A stretch of 64,000 bases of DNA from Eukaryota sp. GEM-RC1 (lineage: Eukaryota). Under the pieces are notes generated by a model. That model had not been told where the DNA came from. It saw only the letters and a program-made list of their open reading frames with translations, and did not search any database. The stretch covers positions 1,426,001-1,490,000 of the forward strand of contig JAUFOQ010000017.1 of NCBI GenBank assembly GCA_040285855.1, written 5' to 3'. The first letter of the stretch is position 1; each line of letters opens with the position of its first letter. Positions 13,002 through 24,253 of this stretch are shown here, piece after piece. The translations under genes were made by a program, and so were the position numbers.

Positions 13002-13704
13002 TTTCAAACTACGCTATTCTCCTTAAATGACGTTACTAACATCAATTCTGAAAAACATTGAGAGCGTAATTAAATTTATATCAGCAAACAAAGTTTTAGA
13101 GATGAAAAGAGTTGACTTGTCAATGTCACTAATGTTTCTTGACTTTAAGCTAGTGAATAACTCAGCGCTCACTCCACTATAAGTATCAAGAAGCAATCTT
13201 TACTTTTTCAAGTCAATTAAGTTCAAGTGAATTTAATTTTTGTGTTAAACATTGTATTGAATTACGAATGTGAAAACAATGAGCCTGAAATTGGTTTTCG
13301 TGTATTTCCAATTCTTCTAATGCAGTATACTAACTGAACAATGGTCATTTTTAAAAAATAACCCACTATACAACTATATTACTATACAACTAACTTCTCG
13401 TTCAACTGGGTTGATTTTAGCAAAATTGAGTTTAGTACATTTATAAAAGAATGAGATATTAACAGAGCATTAATTCTGGAAACATTAGTCATACAAACAG
13501 TGTGCAAACTTATGTAAACAGATTTTAAAAGATTTGAACCACCTAGAAACAGCTGAAAAACGGAAAACGGATTTGTATTCCAAAGATGTTGCTAAACTCA
13601 ATCAAATTTTATATTGGTTCCATTTGCTATTTCTATTTTCAATAGTACTGTATTTTTGAAATGACATCTCAGTTTTTAACTCATTTTGGATCTATTTGTA
13701 AGTC

Positions 13705-14545
13705 CAACTATTGGAGTTTAACTTTGCTGATTTTGTTGATCAGATCAACGATCTGCTAATTGCTTGTTGAGGACCGAGATTCTCAACCTTATGTTGAGTT
13801 GGAACTCGGATCGACGTGTCAGCTTTCCTTTATGGGTCGATCTAAAGTTCGCCGTTTTCCTTTACTGTCACTGAATTTGACACGTGGCGAAGGTGCTGTT
13901 TTGGCAGAGTTCCTAGCAGGTAGACTGACTTGTACTACCAAAGATGCTGATGCCAATCAACACCAACTACTGGAACTCCAGCGAGAGTTGAAAAGTAGAA
14001 ACAAACAATACGACTCAATGGTTAACTCTTTCAAACAAGAAATAGACACTCTAAAGTCCAATCATGACACGTCTCTTCAGCAAAATTTTATCCAATTGTT
14101 AGAAAAGGAAAGTCTTGTTCTTGATCTTCAATGACAGATCTCTCAATTGGAAATTCACCTGAACTCTTCTAATCAAAAAAGTATTGATACGATCCAAAGA
14201 TTGAACGATCAAATTGCCACTTCATCACGCCAGCAATTAGATTTAGAAACACGTGTCGAAGATCTACGCTCAGTAACTGCATCATTAAAGGCCAAACTGT
14301 CTGAAAAAGAAGCTTTAAACTCCAAGTTAACTACCGAGAATGAATCTCTTCTATCGCAATTAAGTTCTCTTAGATCCTAGTTGGAAGAAGTTAAAGACGA
14401 TCTCTCTGGTTCTCAAAAGTCACTGTCTTTTTCTTCAGAAGAGAAGCAAGACTTGATAAAGCAGATAACTCACTTGGAAAAGGAAAACCTGTTATTCAGA
14501 GAAACCATTACTGAAGTAAATGTTGGATTACAAGGCTATTCTGAT
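13705..14545 (+). pseudogene. SAS-6-like paralogue B fragment (half of head domain plus coiled coil)
   Basis: LEFNFADFVDQI...LLSLNLTRGEGAVLAEFLAGRL followed by coiled coil. In-frame TGA and TAG are shared with the inverted copy at 11.1-11.7 kb. Confidence 0.82.
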
Positions 14546-14812
14546 TCTAGGGACTCCTTGTTAAACAATTCTAGATTCAAAAGAACCGATATCTGTTGCA
14601 TGTAACGAAATGATGAGAATTACTCTTATCATCCACAAAAACAACTTTGAAAATTAAAATAAATCAAGCTAATAGGAAGAGGTCTTTCTGAACTTAAAGA
14701 GGGTTCGCAGATCTCACGGAAACTAAAAAGAGAAACCCATTTTGATGGAAGTTCCTATGGCAATCAAAGCTTACCATGTAATGACGAACTGACGATCGTT
14801 GATGTGATTATA

Positions 14813-15219
14813 AAGTAAAATATGAAATTGAAGCCCCGGGGGTTGTCCATATAAGCCCCATCTTAAAATCGGCTACTATTACGTGGGGGCTACTATTACG
14901 TGGTGGGGCTTCTCTCTATAAGCCCCTCACCAAATCATGTTCTGAAGTCTCAGTTGTGTCGCATGTAGTGTATTCAATGTCAAAAACAATAAAAACAGTT
15001 ACTCATCAACAACTTAAGAATGAAAGTAAGAGAAACAGTTAATCGTCTTTTTGAATAAATCTTTGAACCGATTAATAAAGATCGATACTTATAAATTATT
15101 TATACCCAGGGGCTACTATTACGTGGTGGGGCCTCTCCGTATAAGCCCCATCCAAAAATCGGCCACTATTGCGTGGGGGCCACTATTACGTGGAGGGGCT
15201 TCAATTTCATATTTTACTT
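14813..15219. mobile_element. pogo/Tc1-mariner-type MITE (407 bp)
   Basis: Perfect 25-bp TIR AAGTAAAATATGAAATTGAAGCCCC with flanking TA. Subterminal GGGGCTACTATTACGTGG repeats. Confidence 0.9.
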
Positions 15220-16146
15220 TAGTTGCCAGGTGTAAATACAGTACATGTTTAGATGCCAATAATGCAGTTTCTCCACTTGTGCTCTAAGAAGAATTTTTCA
15301 AAAAGTAAATACTATGCCCTCTTAACAGCTCTCAAATACACAAAGCTCGTTGTACATCGTCGCAATTATATATTGGAGAAGATATCTTCTAAAGTTTGAC
15401 TTGGTATGGTCCAGATTGCCACTCTGTTTAATAATTCTGAAAACAAAAAAACTCAAAGTAAAAGACATTTGCAGAAGGAAACGTCAGCAATCAGAAGAGA
15501 TCAAAAACACGATAGATGATTGAGAGACAACATGACGTGATGGACAAAGAGCAAGAGGTGGTCAACAGAATCTCCATGAGACTCTGTTGCAGAGAAATGC
15601 TTAAAAGGACGAGGTAAAAGAATATCAGGAAATCCAAACAATACAGTCTTTCTATAGGAGAAACAAAGAATGAAGAATGAGTACACCAACCAACATGGTC
15701 TCAGAAATTAATTAGTTTTCTGTTGTTGGAGGAAAGTTGTGAAGAAGTTCTGGTTGGATCATTTAAGTTGAAGAGAAGAGGAGACATTCAATTGAAGAAC
15801 GAAGGGTTGTCCTCCAAAAGCTGACGTCATCATAGTTGATAAGGAGAGAAAACTGAACAACGCCAAGTTCGAATGTCATCTTTGGCCATGAGACATCTCT
15901 TCATTGCCAAACCAAACTTCATTTCGAAAAGTAACCAGAGAATTCTTCTTCAGAGTTAGATTGGAAGTGTTCAGAAGACCTGAACGCTAGCAAGAATGTA
16001 CCACGTATTGGTCAATAAAGTTCAAGTTATATTGATTTGAGGCCACAAAGTGGTTGTGTTAGAAGACGACGCAAAGGGAACTACATGTACATCATCACCA
16101 CTTGATACAAGAAATGATCCTAAACTCACTAATACTACTAGTAGTA

Positions 16147-16801
16147 CAGTCATCCGTGCCTTGAAATTACAGGAACCTTGAAATTATAGGATCTCTCTAT
16201 CTTCTCAACTACTTTCACTCATGATACTCTCTGTACCTAATAAAACACCAATTCTTCATTGTATTGCTTAGTCCTTCACATGGATCGCACTGATTCGATA
16301 AGTGTCCTTTTCTCGTTGATCTTGTCGTCCGCAAGGGTGTCAATGATGTCCTTTTCGGTGGAATTCATCAACGTAACGTGTAGAGCTGAGTTTGGCATGT
16401 TTCGGACCACGTTCAGCAAGATTTGCGGAAACGAGTACCCAACAATACTACCACAACAACGAAGAAGACGTTTGTGTTGTATAGTTATGTATTTTGGGAT
16501 GTAAGTGGAAGAATCCACCAGTTGAAACGCAGGCAAACGCGAAAACACGATTTATGACACACATAGTAACATCAAACTGACTCTATCAATCATCAGCATA
16601 GCTAGATTGTATTTAGGGAGTTATCAGAACACTAAAGGCTCGAAAACAGGAAATTCCATGTAGACTCATATCAACGTTTCAGAGGATGCACTTAAGTAGT
16701 TCTAGTGGCTGATAGCAGTTATATTAGAGAAAAGTTGTTGATGTTAGAGGTATCGGAAGGGTGTAACATTTTGGGACCTTGAAATTACAGGAACCTGACT
16801 G
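16147..16801. mobile_element. Probable degenerate pogo-like non-autonomous element
   Basis: TA-CAGTCA...TGACTG-TA ends with CCTTGAAATTACAGGA subterminal motifs at both ends. The left TIR is damaged. Confidence 0.5.
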
Positions 16802-16818
16802 TATTCGTCCTCTTTGTC

Positions 16819-18328
16819 ATGACCTTGCCCAAGATTCTGCTGCAATTCACCTTATCTTCTGTGACAATCAAGGCTTCTGCCGATCTTCCCCTTGTAGAAG
16901 GTCCCCTTGTAGTTCGTGTTTTACAACTTCAGCCGTCTCTTCTCCGGATCACAATCACAAGGGATCCACAAGTTGATCCCACTTTCTTCTACTTCTGTGA
17001 TCTTGACAGTCCTTCATTCTCCCTTCTCAAAGACGATCAGCGATTGGAATATGAGTTCGCCGATCTCGTGGACAAGCTCAAATTTCTATTGGCAGATTCT
17101 CAAGACCAACAATCTCCAAGATTTGCGCAGTTGAATTTTGACTCACCTTCTGCGTGTCGGTTTGCTTCTATGTGTAGAACCTCTTTTGTTTCTTACGTTG
17201 AGCTCTCCCTGAACTTAACACGTGGAACTGACTCTGATTTAATCGATTTCTTGGCTGGTAGATTGGCTTTCACCACCAAAGAAGTTGAAAGTTTAAAGAA
17301 TGAACTACTTGAACTGCAACTGGAGCTCAAAAGTAGAAGTAATCGTTTTGATTTAAAGTTGAGCTCATTTAAAGAAGAAATTTCAAGTCTGCAATTAACG
17401 TATGACACTTATCGTCAGCAAAGCTCTAATGAGTTATCAGAAAAGAAAGTCAGTCTCGTGACCTTCAATCACAGGTGTCTCGGTTAGAAACTGAGTTGAG
17501 CACTTCCAATCAAAAAAGCATTTGTATGATCAAATCATTGAATGAGCAACTATCTGATATGTCACGTCATCAATCAGAGTTGCAAACTCATGTTGATCAT
17601 CTACAATCTGATTCACTTTCTTTAACGTCCAAGTTGGCGGACGCAGACGCTTTGAACTGCAAATTAAACAATCAGAATCAAACTCTCCAGTCTCAATTAA
17701 CTTCTGTTAAGTCTAACTTAGAAGAAGCTGAAGCTAATCTGAATAGTTCTCAGGAATCCTTATCTTTTCGATAGAAGAAAACAAAAACTTGAAGAAACAG
17801 ATTTCCACCTTGGAAGATGAAAATGTATTATACAAAGATACAATTAAAGAAGCTAATGTTAGACTCATAGGTTATAGCGATGGACTTAACAGAGTTAGAT
17901 TTGAAAGAGGTGAAGTACGGTCTAGAGTGGCAGAACTTGAAAAGGAAGTTGCTCAAAATGAGATCAAAATCAACGAATTAGGGGATCTCTTGAAGACTCA
18001 ACAAGCGAAAAATTCAGAACAGGAAACCGAAATCTTTACATTACGTTCAAAAGTTCAAAAATTAGAAGATCATGCGCAATCGCAACAACAAGCTATAACT
18101 TGGTATTCGAAAGAACTTGGTAAATTGGATCAACCCAATCAAGGTCAGTCCTCCACGTCACCAATCAGAACTTCTCGAACTAGAAGTGTTTTTGGAGTTC
18201 CTTTGCATTTGGAGGAGAATGAATCTCCAAGTAAGTCCCCAAAGTATTCGTTTAATCCTACATCTTTAGAACTGAGTCTGAATTCAGCTAAGTATAGGCC
18301 AAGAAGAATGGTACGTTCTGATTCGTAG
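16819..18328 (+). CDS. SAS6: SAS-6-like centriole cartwheel protein, paralogue A (full length, two frameshifts at short homopolymers)
   Basis: N-terminal head with SAS-6/PISA-like pattern DP.FFYFCDL....F..LK.DQ.L..EF...  and LSL.L.RG.D..L..FLA, followed by a ~300-aa coiled coil and a Ser/Pro-rich tail. Frameshifts at ~17445 and ~17765. Confidence 0.8.
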
Positions 18329-18912
18329 GATGTTCACGGAGTTTATTGCTTATTTTTATGGTTTCCAATGTGAGTTGGAAAATGTCTTCTATGTATGTTT
18401 AGTTATCAATTTTAATTGTTTCTTTGTGGAGATTTCCCATGTACATTTATAAAAATATGTTCTTTCATTATCCAGACTAGTCAATCCAAGTGTAGTTCTA
18501 CTTTCTCTTTCATCGCTCATTTTTTGGTTTCTATAGTTTCTAAACCCAATGTCTTATAAATAATAGCAACTTTCACTACCTCTGTTTTCAAAAAATCACC
18601 AAGATATAACATGAAAACAACATCTTTGTATTACTAAAGCGAATCATGAATTGCGAAACAAAAAAACTAACAATGAAGATCCCATTGATAGACTGATATA
18701 TTGAACTATAACTTGTATGTTTTTTAATACAGTATTATTTAATAAGAGTTTATATGCAACAATAAATTAATACATACTAATTCAGAAAATGAAAGAAGTT
18801 AAATTCTCCACATCAAGACGAGAATTATGCCTATACAACTTCGAGTAAATGAAACATAAAAACTTGGGAATGCTTCTATAAAGAGCGAACATATTTCGAT
18901 TAATCCATACAG

Positions 18913-19229
18913 CTAATTATTTGAAGGAGTTGAAGATGACACTAATTCTAAAAAATCCTTAACTTTTTCGATAGAAGAAAACAGAAACTTGACGAAACAA
19001 ATTTCCACCTTAGAAGATCAAAATTAATTGTACAAAGATACAATTAAAGAAGCTAATTAGACTCATAGGTTATAGCGATGGCCTTAATAGAGTTAGATTT
19101 GAAAGAGGTGAAGTACGGTCTAGAGCGGCAGAGCTTGAGAAGGAAGTTGCTGATAATGAGATCAAAATCAACGAATTAGGGAATCTGATGATGGTTGAAC
19201 AATCGAAAAATCCAGAACAGGAAACCGAA
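18913..19229 (+). repeat. Left inner inverted repeat (SAS-6 A coiled-coil fragment)
   Basis: Reverse complement of 23335-23653 with both breakpoints shared. By eye about 16 substitutions and a 2-bp indel. Confidence 0.92.
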
Positions 19230-19713
19230 ATCTTCTATATATGTAAATGATCCATTTAAAGTTAGTAAATTTTTATCAATTGATTATCCCAATCTTGAAG
19301 AACTAGAAGCTATAGAAGTAAATCTTTATCATCTTCCTGATAAATTATTTAAATTAATAATAATTAATTGTTCATTTAATAATCTAGCGTATATTCCATA
19401 TTCTTATCAATTAAGGATTCTATCGTGTAAGGGAAATAATTTAACATCAATCAACTATTATGAAAATTTAGAAAAATTAGAATGTGATGGTAATTCATTG
19501 ACATCTATATGTCACTATCCTAAATTGATACACTTGAGTTGTAAATATAATAATATAAGAAATATTGCAAACATGGATAGTTTAAAGAAATTGGAATGTG
19601 ATTTTAATTCCCTATTATATTTAAATGACTACAAAAACTTGGAAGAATTATCATGTAAAGGAAATAAAGTATTAATTCCCGAAATGAAGAAATTAAAACA
19701 AATACGAAAATGA
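19230..19713 (+). CDS. Short-unit leucine-rich repeat protein, 5'-truncated
   Basis: ~20-aa repeats L..L.C..N.L..I (e.g. LEKLECDGNSLTSI). Confidence 0.85.
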
Positions 19714-19728
19714 TTATTAAGTTAATAA

Positions 19729-20760
19729 ATGTTAGTTGCATTCTGTGGTTTAGACTCTACAGGAAAATCAACTGTGGTTTCCCATTTAAATGGTCACAAG
19801 ATTAAACTACCAGATAGGAGAACAGATAGTGGTAAGATAATTGACAAATTCCTTAAAAAAGAAATTCAAATGTCTGAACGTGATGCTCAAATGTTATTTG
19901 CAAAAAACAGAAAAGAAAAGAATGACGAAATTAAGATTGAATTATTAGAACGAGAAATTGTTTTAATGGATAGATGTTGGATTGATGGTGTTGCTTATTC
20001 TCCTCCAGAATCTTTTTACTGGGCATTGAATCAAGCAGAAGGCGAATTAATTCCAGACTTGGTGTTTTATTTCACTGAACAGTATAATCGAGATGATTTT
20101 GGAAAAGAATACTATGACAAAATTAATGTTAGAAAATCATTTGAAAAAATATTTGATTTGATGAATATTGAAGTTATCAGAGTTCCTAGAGCACCTATCA
20201 AGGATGTTGTTTTCACAATTGAAAATCTCATCAATGAACGAAGTAATCAATTATTACAAGAATATGTTCGACTACAAAATATTAAAAGAAAAATCATTGG
20301 AATTGATATGGATGATACTTTATGTGAAACAACAAAACAAATAAGTAAGGATTATCCAGAATTCAAATATGAAACAGATCCAAGTAAATTCCACACTAAT
20401 GGAATAGAAGTATTCTCAACAAAAGGATTCTTTAAAAACTTGGAACCAATTAATAGAATAGTTGATATAACTAAAAAGTTAATTGATGATGAATTTGAAG
20501 TTTATTTCGTAACTGCTGCATATCACAAAATGATTGATTCTGGAATAAGAGAAGAAAAACAAGAATGGCTTGAACAACATTTTCCCGAATTAAATATTCC
20601 TAATCATTTGATTAATATCAATAACAAACAATTGTTAAAATTGGATTTATTAATTGATGATAATGATTGTTATCAATCTAATTACAAGTTTATTAATTCT
20701 AAAGATTTAGAATCATATGAACAAGTAATGAATATTCTATTCGATTGTAGATTTAATTGA
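19729..20760 (+). CDS. Thymidylate kinase fused to NT5C-type 5'(3')-deoxyribonucleotidase (HAD)
   Basis: N-terminal half: P-loop GLDSTGKST, PDR...G..I, MDR...GVAYS. C-terminal half: HAD motif IGIDMDDTL, FF.NL.P, K.EWL..HFP, LLIDD. Intact 343-aa ORF. Confidence 0.9.
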   Translation: MLVAFCGLDSTGKSTVVSHLNGHKIKLPDRRTDSGKIIDKFLKKEIQMSERDAQMLFAKNRKEKNDEIKIELLEREIVLMDRCWIDGVAYSPPESFYWALNQAEGELIPDLVFYFTEQYNRDDFGKEYYDKINVRKSFEKIFDLMNIEVIRVPRAPIKDVVFTIENLINERSNQLLQEYVRLQNIKRKIIGIDMDDTLCETTKQISKDYPEFKYETDPSKFHTNGIEVFSTKGFFKNLEPINRIVDITKKLIDDEFEVYFVTAAYHKMIDSGIREEKQEWLEQHFPELNIPNHLININNKQLLKLDLLIDDNDCYQSNYKFINSKDLESYEQVMNILFDCRFN

Positions 20761-20947
20761 TAAATAATTTTTTTTTTCTTAGGAAATGTCAATCGAGAAT
20801 GCAATAAATAATTTGTGGGATTATTTTCGAAATATAATGACAATACATTTATTTTTACCAGTTTCGAGAATTATATAAATTCAATCAAGTGTAGGAAAAA
20901 ATCTAAACAAGCAGCTATTGATATTTAAAAAAAAATAAAAATCTTTT

Positions 20948-21254
20948 TATCCAATATATATGAAACGAGATCTCCATGTATCTGGAGTTATTACCATGGT
21001 ATTTTTTCCATAATCTGCATTTTTTAAATTATACGTAATGATTGTTTTATTTTGTTTGGTAAAACCATAAAAATCATCAGTGAAAAAATGTGCATTATTT
21101 ATGTACAAGTATTGTAAGAATTTAGGGTTTGAGATATAAATATAGTCGTGGTCAGTTCTTTTGGTTTTGATAAGTATATGATAATGGGATTTGAATAATA
21201 TTTTAGAATTTCGTCAATTATATCATTGTTTCCATGAAGAATGCAAATAGTCAT
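20948..21254 (-). CDS. Small unknown protein, paralogue of 21283-21633 (one homopolymer frameshift)
   Basis: Manual translation MTICILHGNND...IYLSKP(K)RTDHDYIYISNP shares IYL..P.RTDH.YI.I..P and DDF.G with its neighbour. Confidence 0.6.
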
Positions 21255-21282
21255 TTTAATTTGCAAAATAATATGATATACA

Positions 21283-21633
21283 CTATTCTTCTGTTTCCTT
21301 TTCCAATTCTTTAATTATTTTATTGAATTCTTCAAATGTCTTGATTTTGGTTTTCTTTACTCCAAGTTTTAATTTTTCTCCTTTAAACATTTTATGTTTT
21401 ACTTCATTCTCGGTTACAATAACTTTTTTGCAATTTGTCAATCCCTCAAAATCATCATTGCCAAAAATGTAAACTGTATCTGATAACTTTAGAAAGTCAA
21501 TTAAATCTGGAGAAGTAATATGAATATATTGATGATCTGTTCTTGTTGGTGTTTTTAGATAAATTGGCAAAACAGAATCATTGATATATTCAATTCCTTC
21601 AGGAATATTTTCATAAAAGATAAGATAAAGCAT
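21283..21633 (-). CDS. Small unknown protein (~116 aa)
   Basis: Open frame from ATG 21633 (MLYLIFYENIP...) with a tandem paralogue downstream. Confidence 0.7.
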   Translation of the reverse strand: MLYLIFYENIPEGIEYINDSVLPIYLKTPTRTDHQYIHITSPDLIDFLKLSDTVYIFGNDDFEGLTNCKKVIVTENEVKHKMFKGEKLKLGVKKTKIKTFEEFNKIIKELEKETEE

Positions 21634-21682
21634 TTTAATTTCCAAAATACTTATATATATAAAAATGATTTTTCTTTTCGAA

Positions 21683-22973
21683 ATGGAGTGTATTGTATGC
21701 GTCTTAAAATTTACAAAAACTAGGCAAAAATTACTTGTCCTTGTGGAGCTGATATATGTAAAAAATGTGTCAAAGAATTTGAAAAGGAACAAGTGAAATT
21801 AACTTGTATGAGTTGTAAGAATGAATGGACTAATGTTTTTATCAAGGAACATTTTGGTAGTTTATTTTTGAGAAATAGATTAAGACAACAAATTGAACAT
21901 GAATTTGAATTCGAAAAACAACGTTTGCCAGATTTAGTTGAAGAGGCAAAATATAAGTTGGAACAAGAAAACTGCAAAAAGAATTGGATAAAACACACAA
22001 ACTTTCAACTCAATTAGATATTGATTATCATTGTGCAAAGTTTACTATCTTAGATTCTAATACTCCAATTGAAGAGAGAATTAAAGTTTTACAAGGATAT
22101 GATGAATTAAAACAAAAATTTATTAATACTCAAAAAGAACACGAACGTCTTGTTATAAAGTATCGTAGATTACAGCGTGAATATAGAATGATGACAACTG
22201 ATAACGTATCAGAATTTCAACATCCATGTAATGATTGCAATGGTTTTATTGTAGATGGAAAATGTGTAATGTGTGACAAATTATATTGCATGCATTGCTT
22301 GGAAGAAAAACAAAAGGAACATAAATACAATAAAGAAACTTTAGAGACTGTTAGATTGATTAAAAAATCAACTAAACCTTGCCCAAAGTGTAATGTTTTG
22401 ATTCAAAAAATCGATGGATGTAATCAAATGTGGTGTACAAAATGTCATACTACTTTTAATTGGAGTTCATTGGAAATTGTTAGAGGAACCACTCACAATC
22501 CACATTATTTTGAATACTTGAGAAATAATAATGTAGTAATTAGACCTCAACCAAATTGTATGACTATATATGATACTATTGACGCACAATATCGTTTGGA
22601 AGTATATAATGTTCGTGGAAATTATATTGCTGCTAGAACTGCGCCTTATTTAACAATTAATAAATTGGATCGCAATATCACTCATACCATTGGAACAACT
22701 ACAAATAATATAAGAGCTCAAAAGATTAAATACTTGCAAAATAAAATTAGCTTGGACGACTTAAAGGAGTATTATATCAAGAATCGTTTAAAGATAATGA
22801 TGTGGACTGAAATACAAACCTTGTGGGATATTATTAAAGATTTTATCCAAGGACAATTTGCTCAGGAAAGATATCGAGATAGTGTATACATGAATATAAT
22901 TAACGATGCTATTGCATTGTTTAATAAAGATATAGAACTTATTTGCTATAGATTTAATAAAAGAAAGCATTAA
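21683..22973 (+). CDS. RBR (RING-IBR) E3 ubiquitin ligase of giant-virus type, two homopolymer frameshifts
   Basis: MECIVC...ITCPCG..ICKKC...CMSCKNEW, then PCNDCNGF...C..C..YC..C, then TKPCPKC...IQKIDGCNQMWCTKCHTTFNW...HNPHYFEY. Confidence 0.88.
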
Positions 22974-22991
22974 AAGTTACAAATTTTACTA

Positions 22992-23303
22992 TTGGATAAA
23001 AATGAATTATTTTTTTTAAAAAAAATGTTACATTCTTCATCATTAACATCCAACATTTCAGAGTTGATAAAGTTGAAAAAGTATTCAGCTCAAAGACCTA
23101 TTGATAATGATTATGTAGAGAAATTATATAATGAAGCAATGAATTATTTGAAATATGAATCAGGACCATTAATTAGACAATCTATATCTATATGTGAAAT
23201 TGACAATGAATATTTTATCATTGATGGACAACATCGAATAGAATGCTTTAAAAAGTTACTTCAACATGGACATCCTGATTATCAAATAAGTGCTCCGATA
23301 TAA
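22992..23303 (+). CDS. DGQHR-motif (ParB/DndB-like) protein, apparently 3'-truncated
   Basis: QRPID...V..L and IIDGQHR motifs. Confidence 0.75.
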   Translation: MDKNELFFLKKMLHSSSLTSNISELIKLKKYSAQRPIDNDYVEKLYNEAMNYLKYESGPLIRQSISICEIDNEYFIIDGQHRIECFKKLLQHGHPDYQISAPI

Positions 23304-23334
23304 AAATCTATCTTCAAAAATCTAAAAATCAAAA

Positions 23335-23653
23335 TTCGGTTTCCTGTTCTGAATTTTTCGATTGTTCAACCATCAAGAGATCCCCTAATTCGTTGATTTT
23401 GATCTCATTTTCAGCAACTTCCTTTTCAAGTTCTGCCGCTCTAGACCGTACTTCACCTCTTTCAAATCTAACTCTATTAAGGCCATCGCTATAACCTATG
23501 AGTCTAACATTAGCTTCTTTAATTGTATCTTTGTATAATAAATTATGTTTTTCCAAGGTGGAAATATGTTTCGTCAAGTTTCTGTTTTCTTCTATCGAAA
23601 AAGTTAAGGATTTTTTAGAATTAGTGTTATCTTCAACTTCTTCAAATAATTAG
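23335..23653 (-). repeat. Right inner inverted repeat (SAS-6 A coiled-coil fragment)
   Basis: Inverted partner of 18913-19229. Confidence 0.92.
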
Positions 23654-24105
23654 TTAATAAAACAATCTCGATTAATATTGGAAGTACTGCTGAGGATTTT
23701 TGTTATGCCTCTTCAAAATTACATTGTGTCGTGATCAAAGGAACAGCTTTTTCAGACTCTTTGGCACATTCGCATTGCTGTTTCTTTATTAAGAAGTTTT
23801 CCAAAGTATTTGGATCGTATACTGAACAAATTGTATCGTGGTGAAATGAGTTGATGTTGGGCATTTACTATCCTTTAAGTACTGGTATATTAGTATGTGC
23901 GTGTATTTTCTTGATTTGTGTTTATACAATGTATAACTACAATGTATACAAATTGTTAACTTAAAAATCTCGATTAGGTTTTAATATATGTTTGCTATTA
24001 GTGTATTCAAATTTACAACTACTTCCAAATAACTCATTGTTGAGTGTATGAGCAGAGAAAAATAATACTTTTAAACAGCACATAAGTTATAGTTCAATAT
24101 ATCAG

Positions 24106-24253
24106 TCTATGAATGGGATCCTCTTTGTTATCTTTCCTTTTGTTTCGTTATCCATGATTCGCTTTACTGTATTAGAAAAATATATGCAGTCCTTTAAGAG
24201 AGTTTGTTATAAAGATGACGTGTTCATGTTATACCTCGGAGATTTATTGAAAA
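24106..24253 (+). repeat. 148-bp direct repeat, copy 1 (copy 2 at 25763-25910), flanking a CRE insertion
   Basis: Direct alignment shows about 5 mismatches. The homologous site at ~18585-18700 carries a single copy. Confidence 0.9.

Larger units (their letters stand above)
19230..23334. other. Endogenous giant-virus-like (Nucleocytoviricota) gene block
   Basis: Visibly much more AT-rich than host genes, intronless, with spacers mostly under 60 bp. Gene set typical of NCLDVs. Outermost genes are truncated at the flanking inverted repeats. Confidence 0.75.

Noticed and set aside
10481..14400. In-frame TAG/TGA in SAS-6 copies as stop-codon reassignment
   Set aside because: Conserved genes in the window end in TAA, TAG and TGA and have no internal stops. 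Other copies carry sense codons at these sites.
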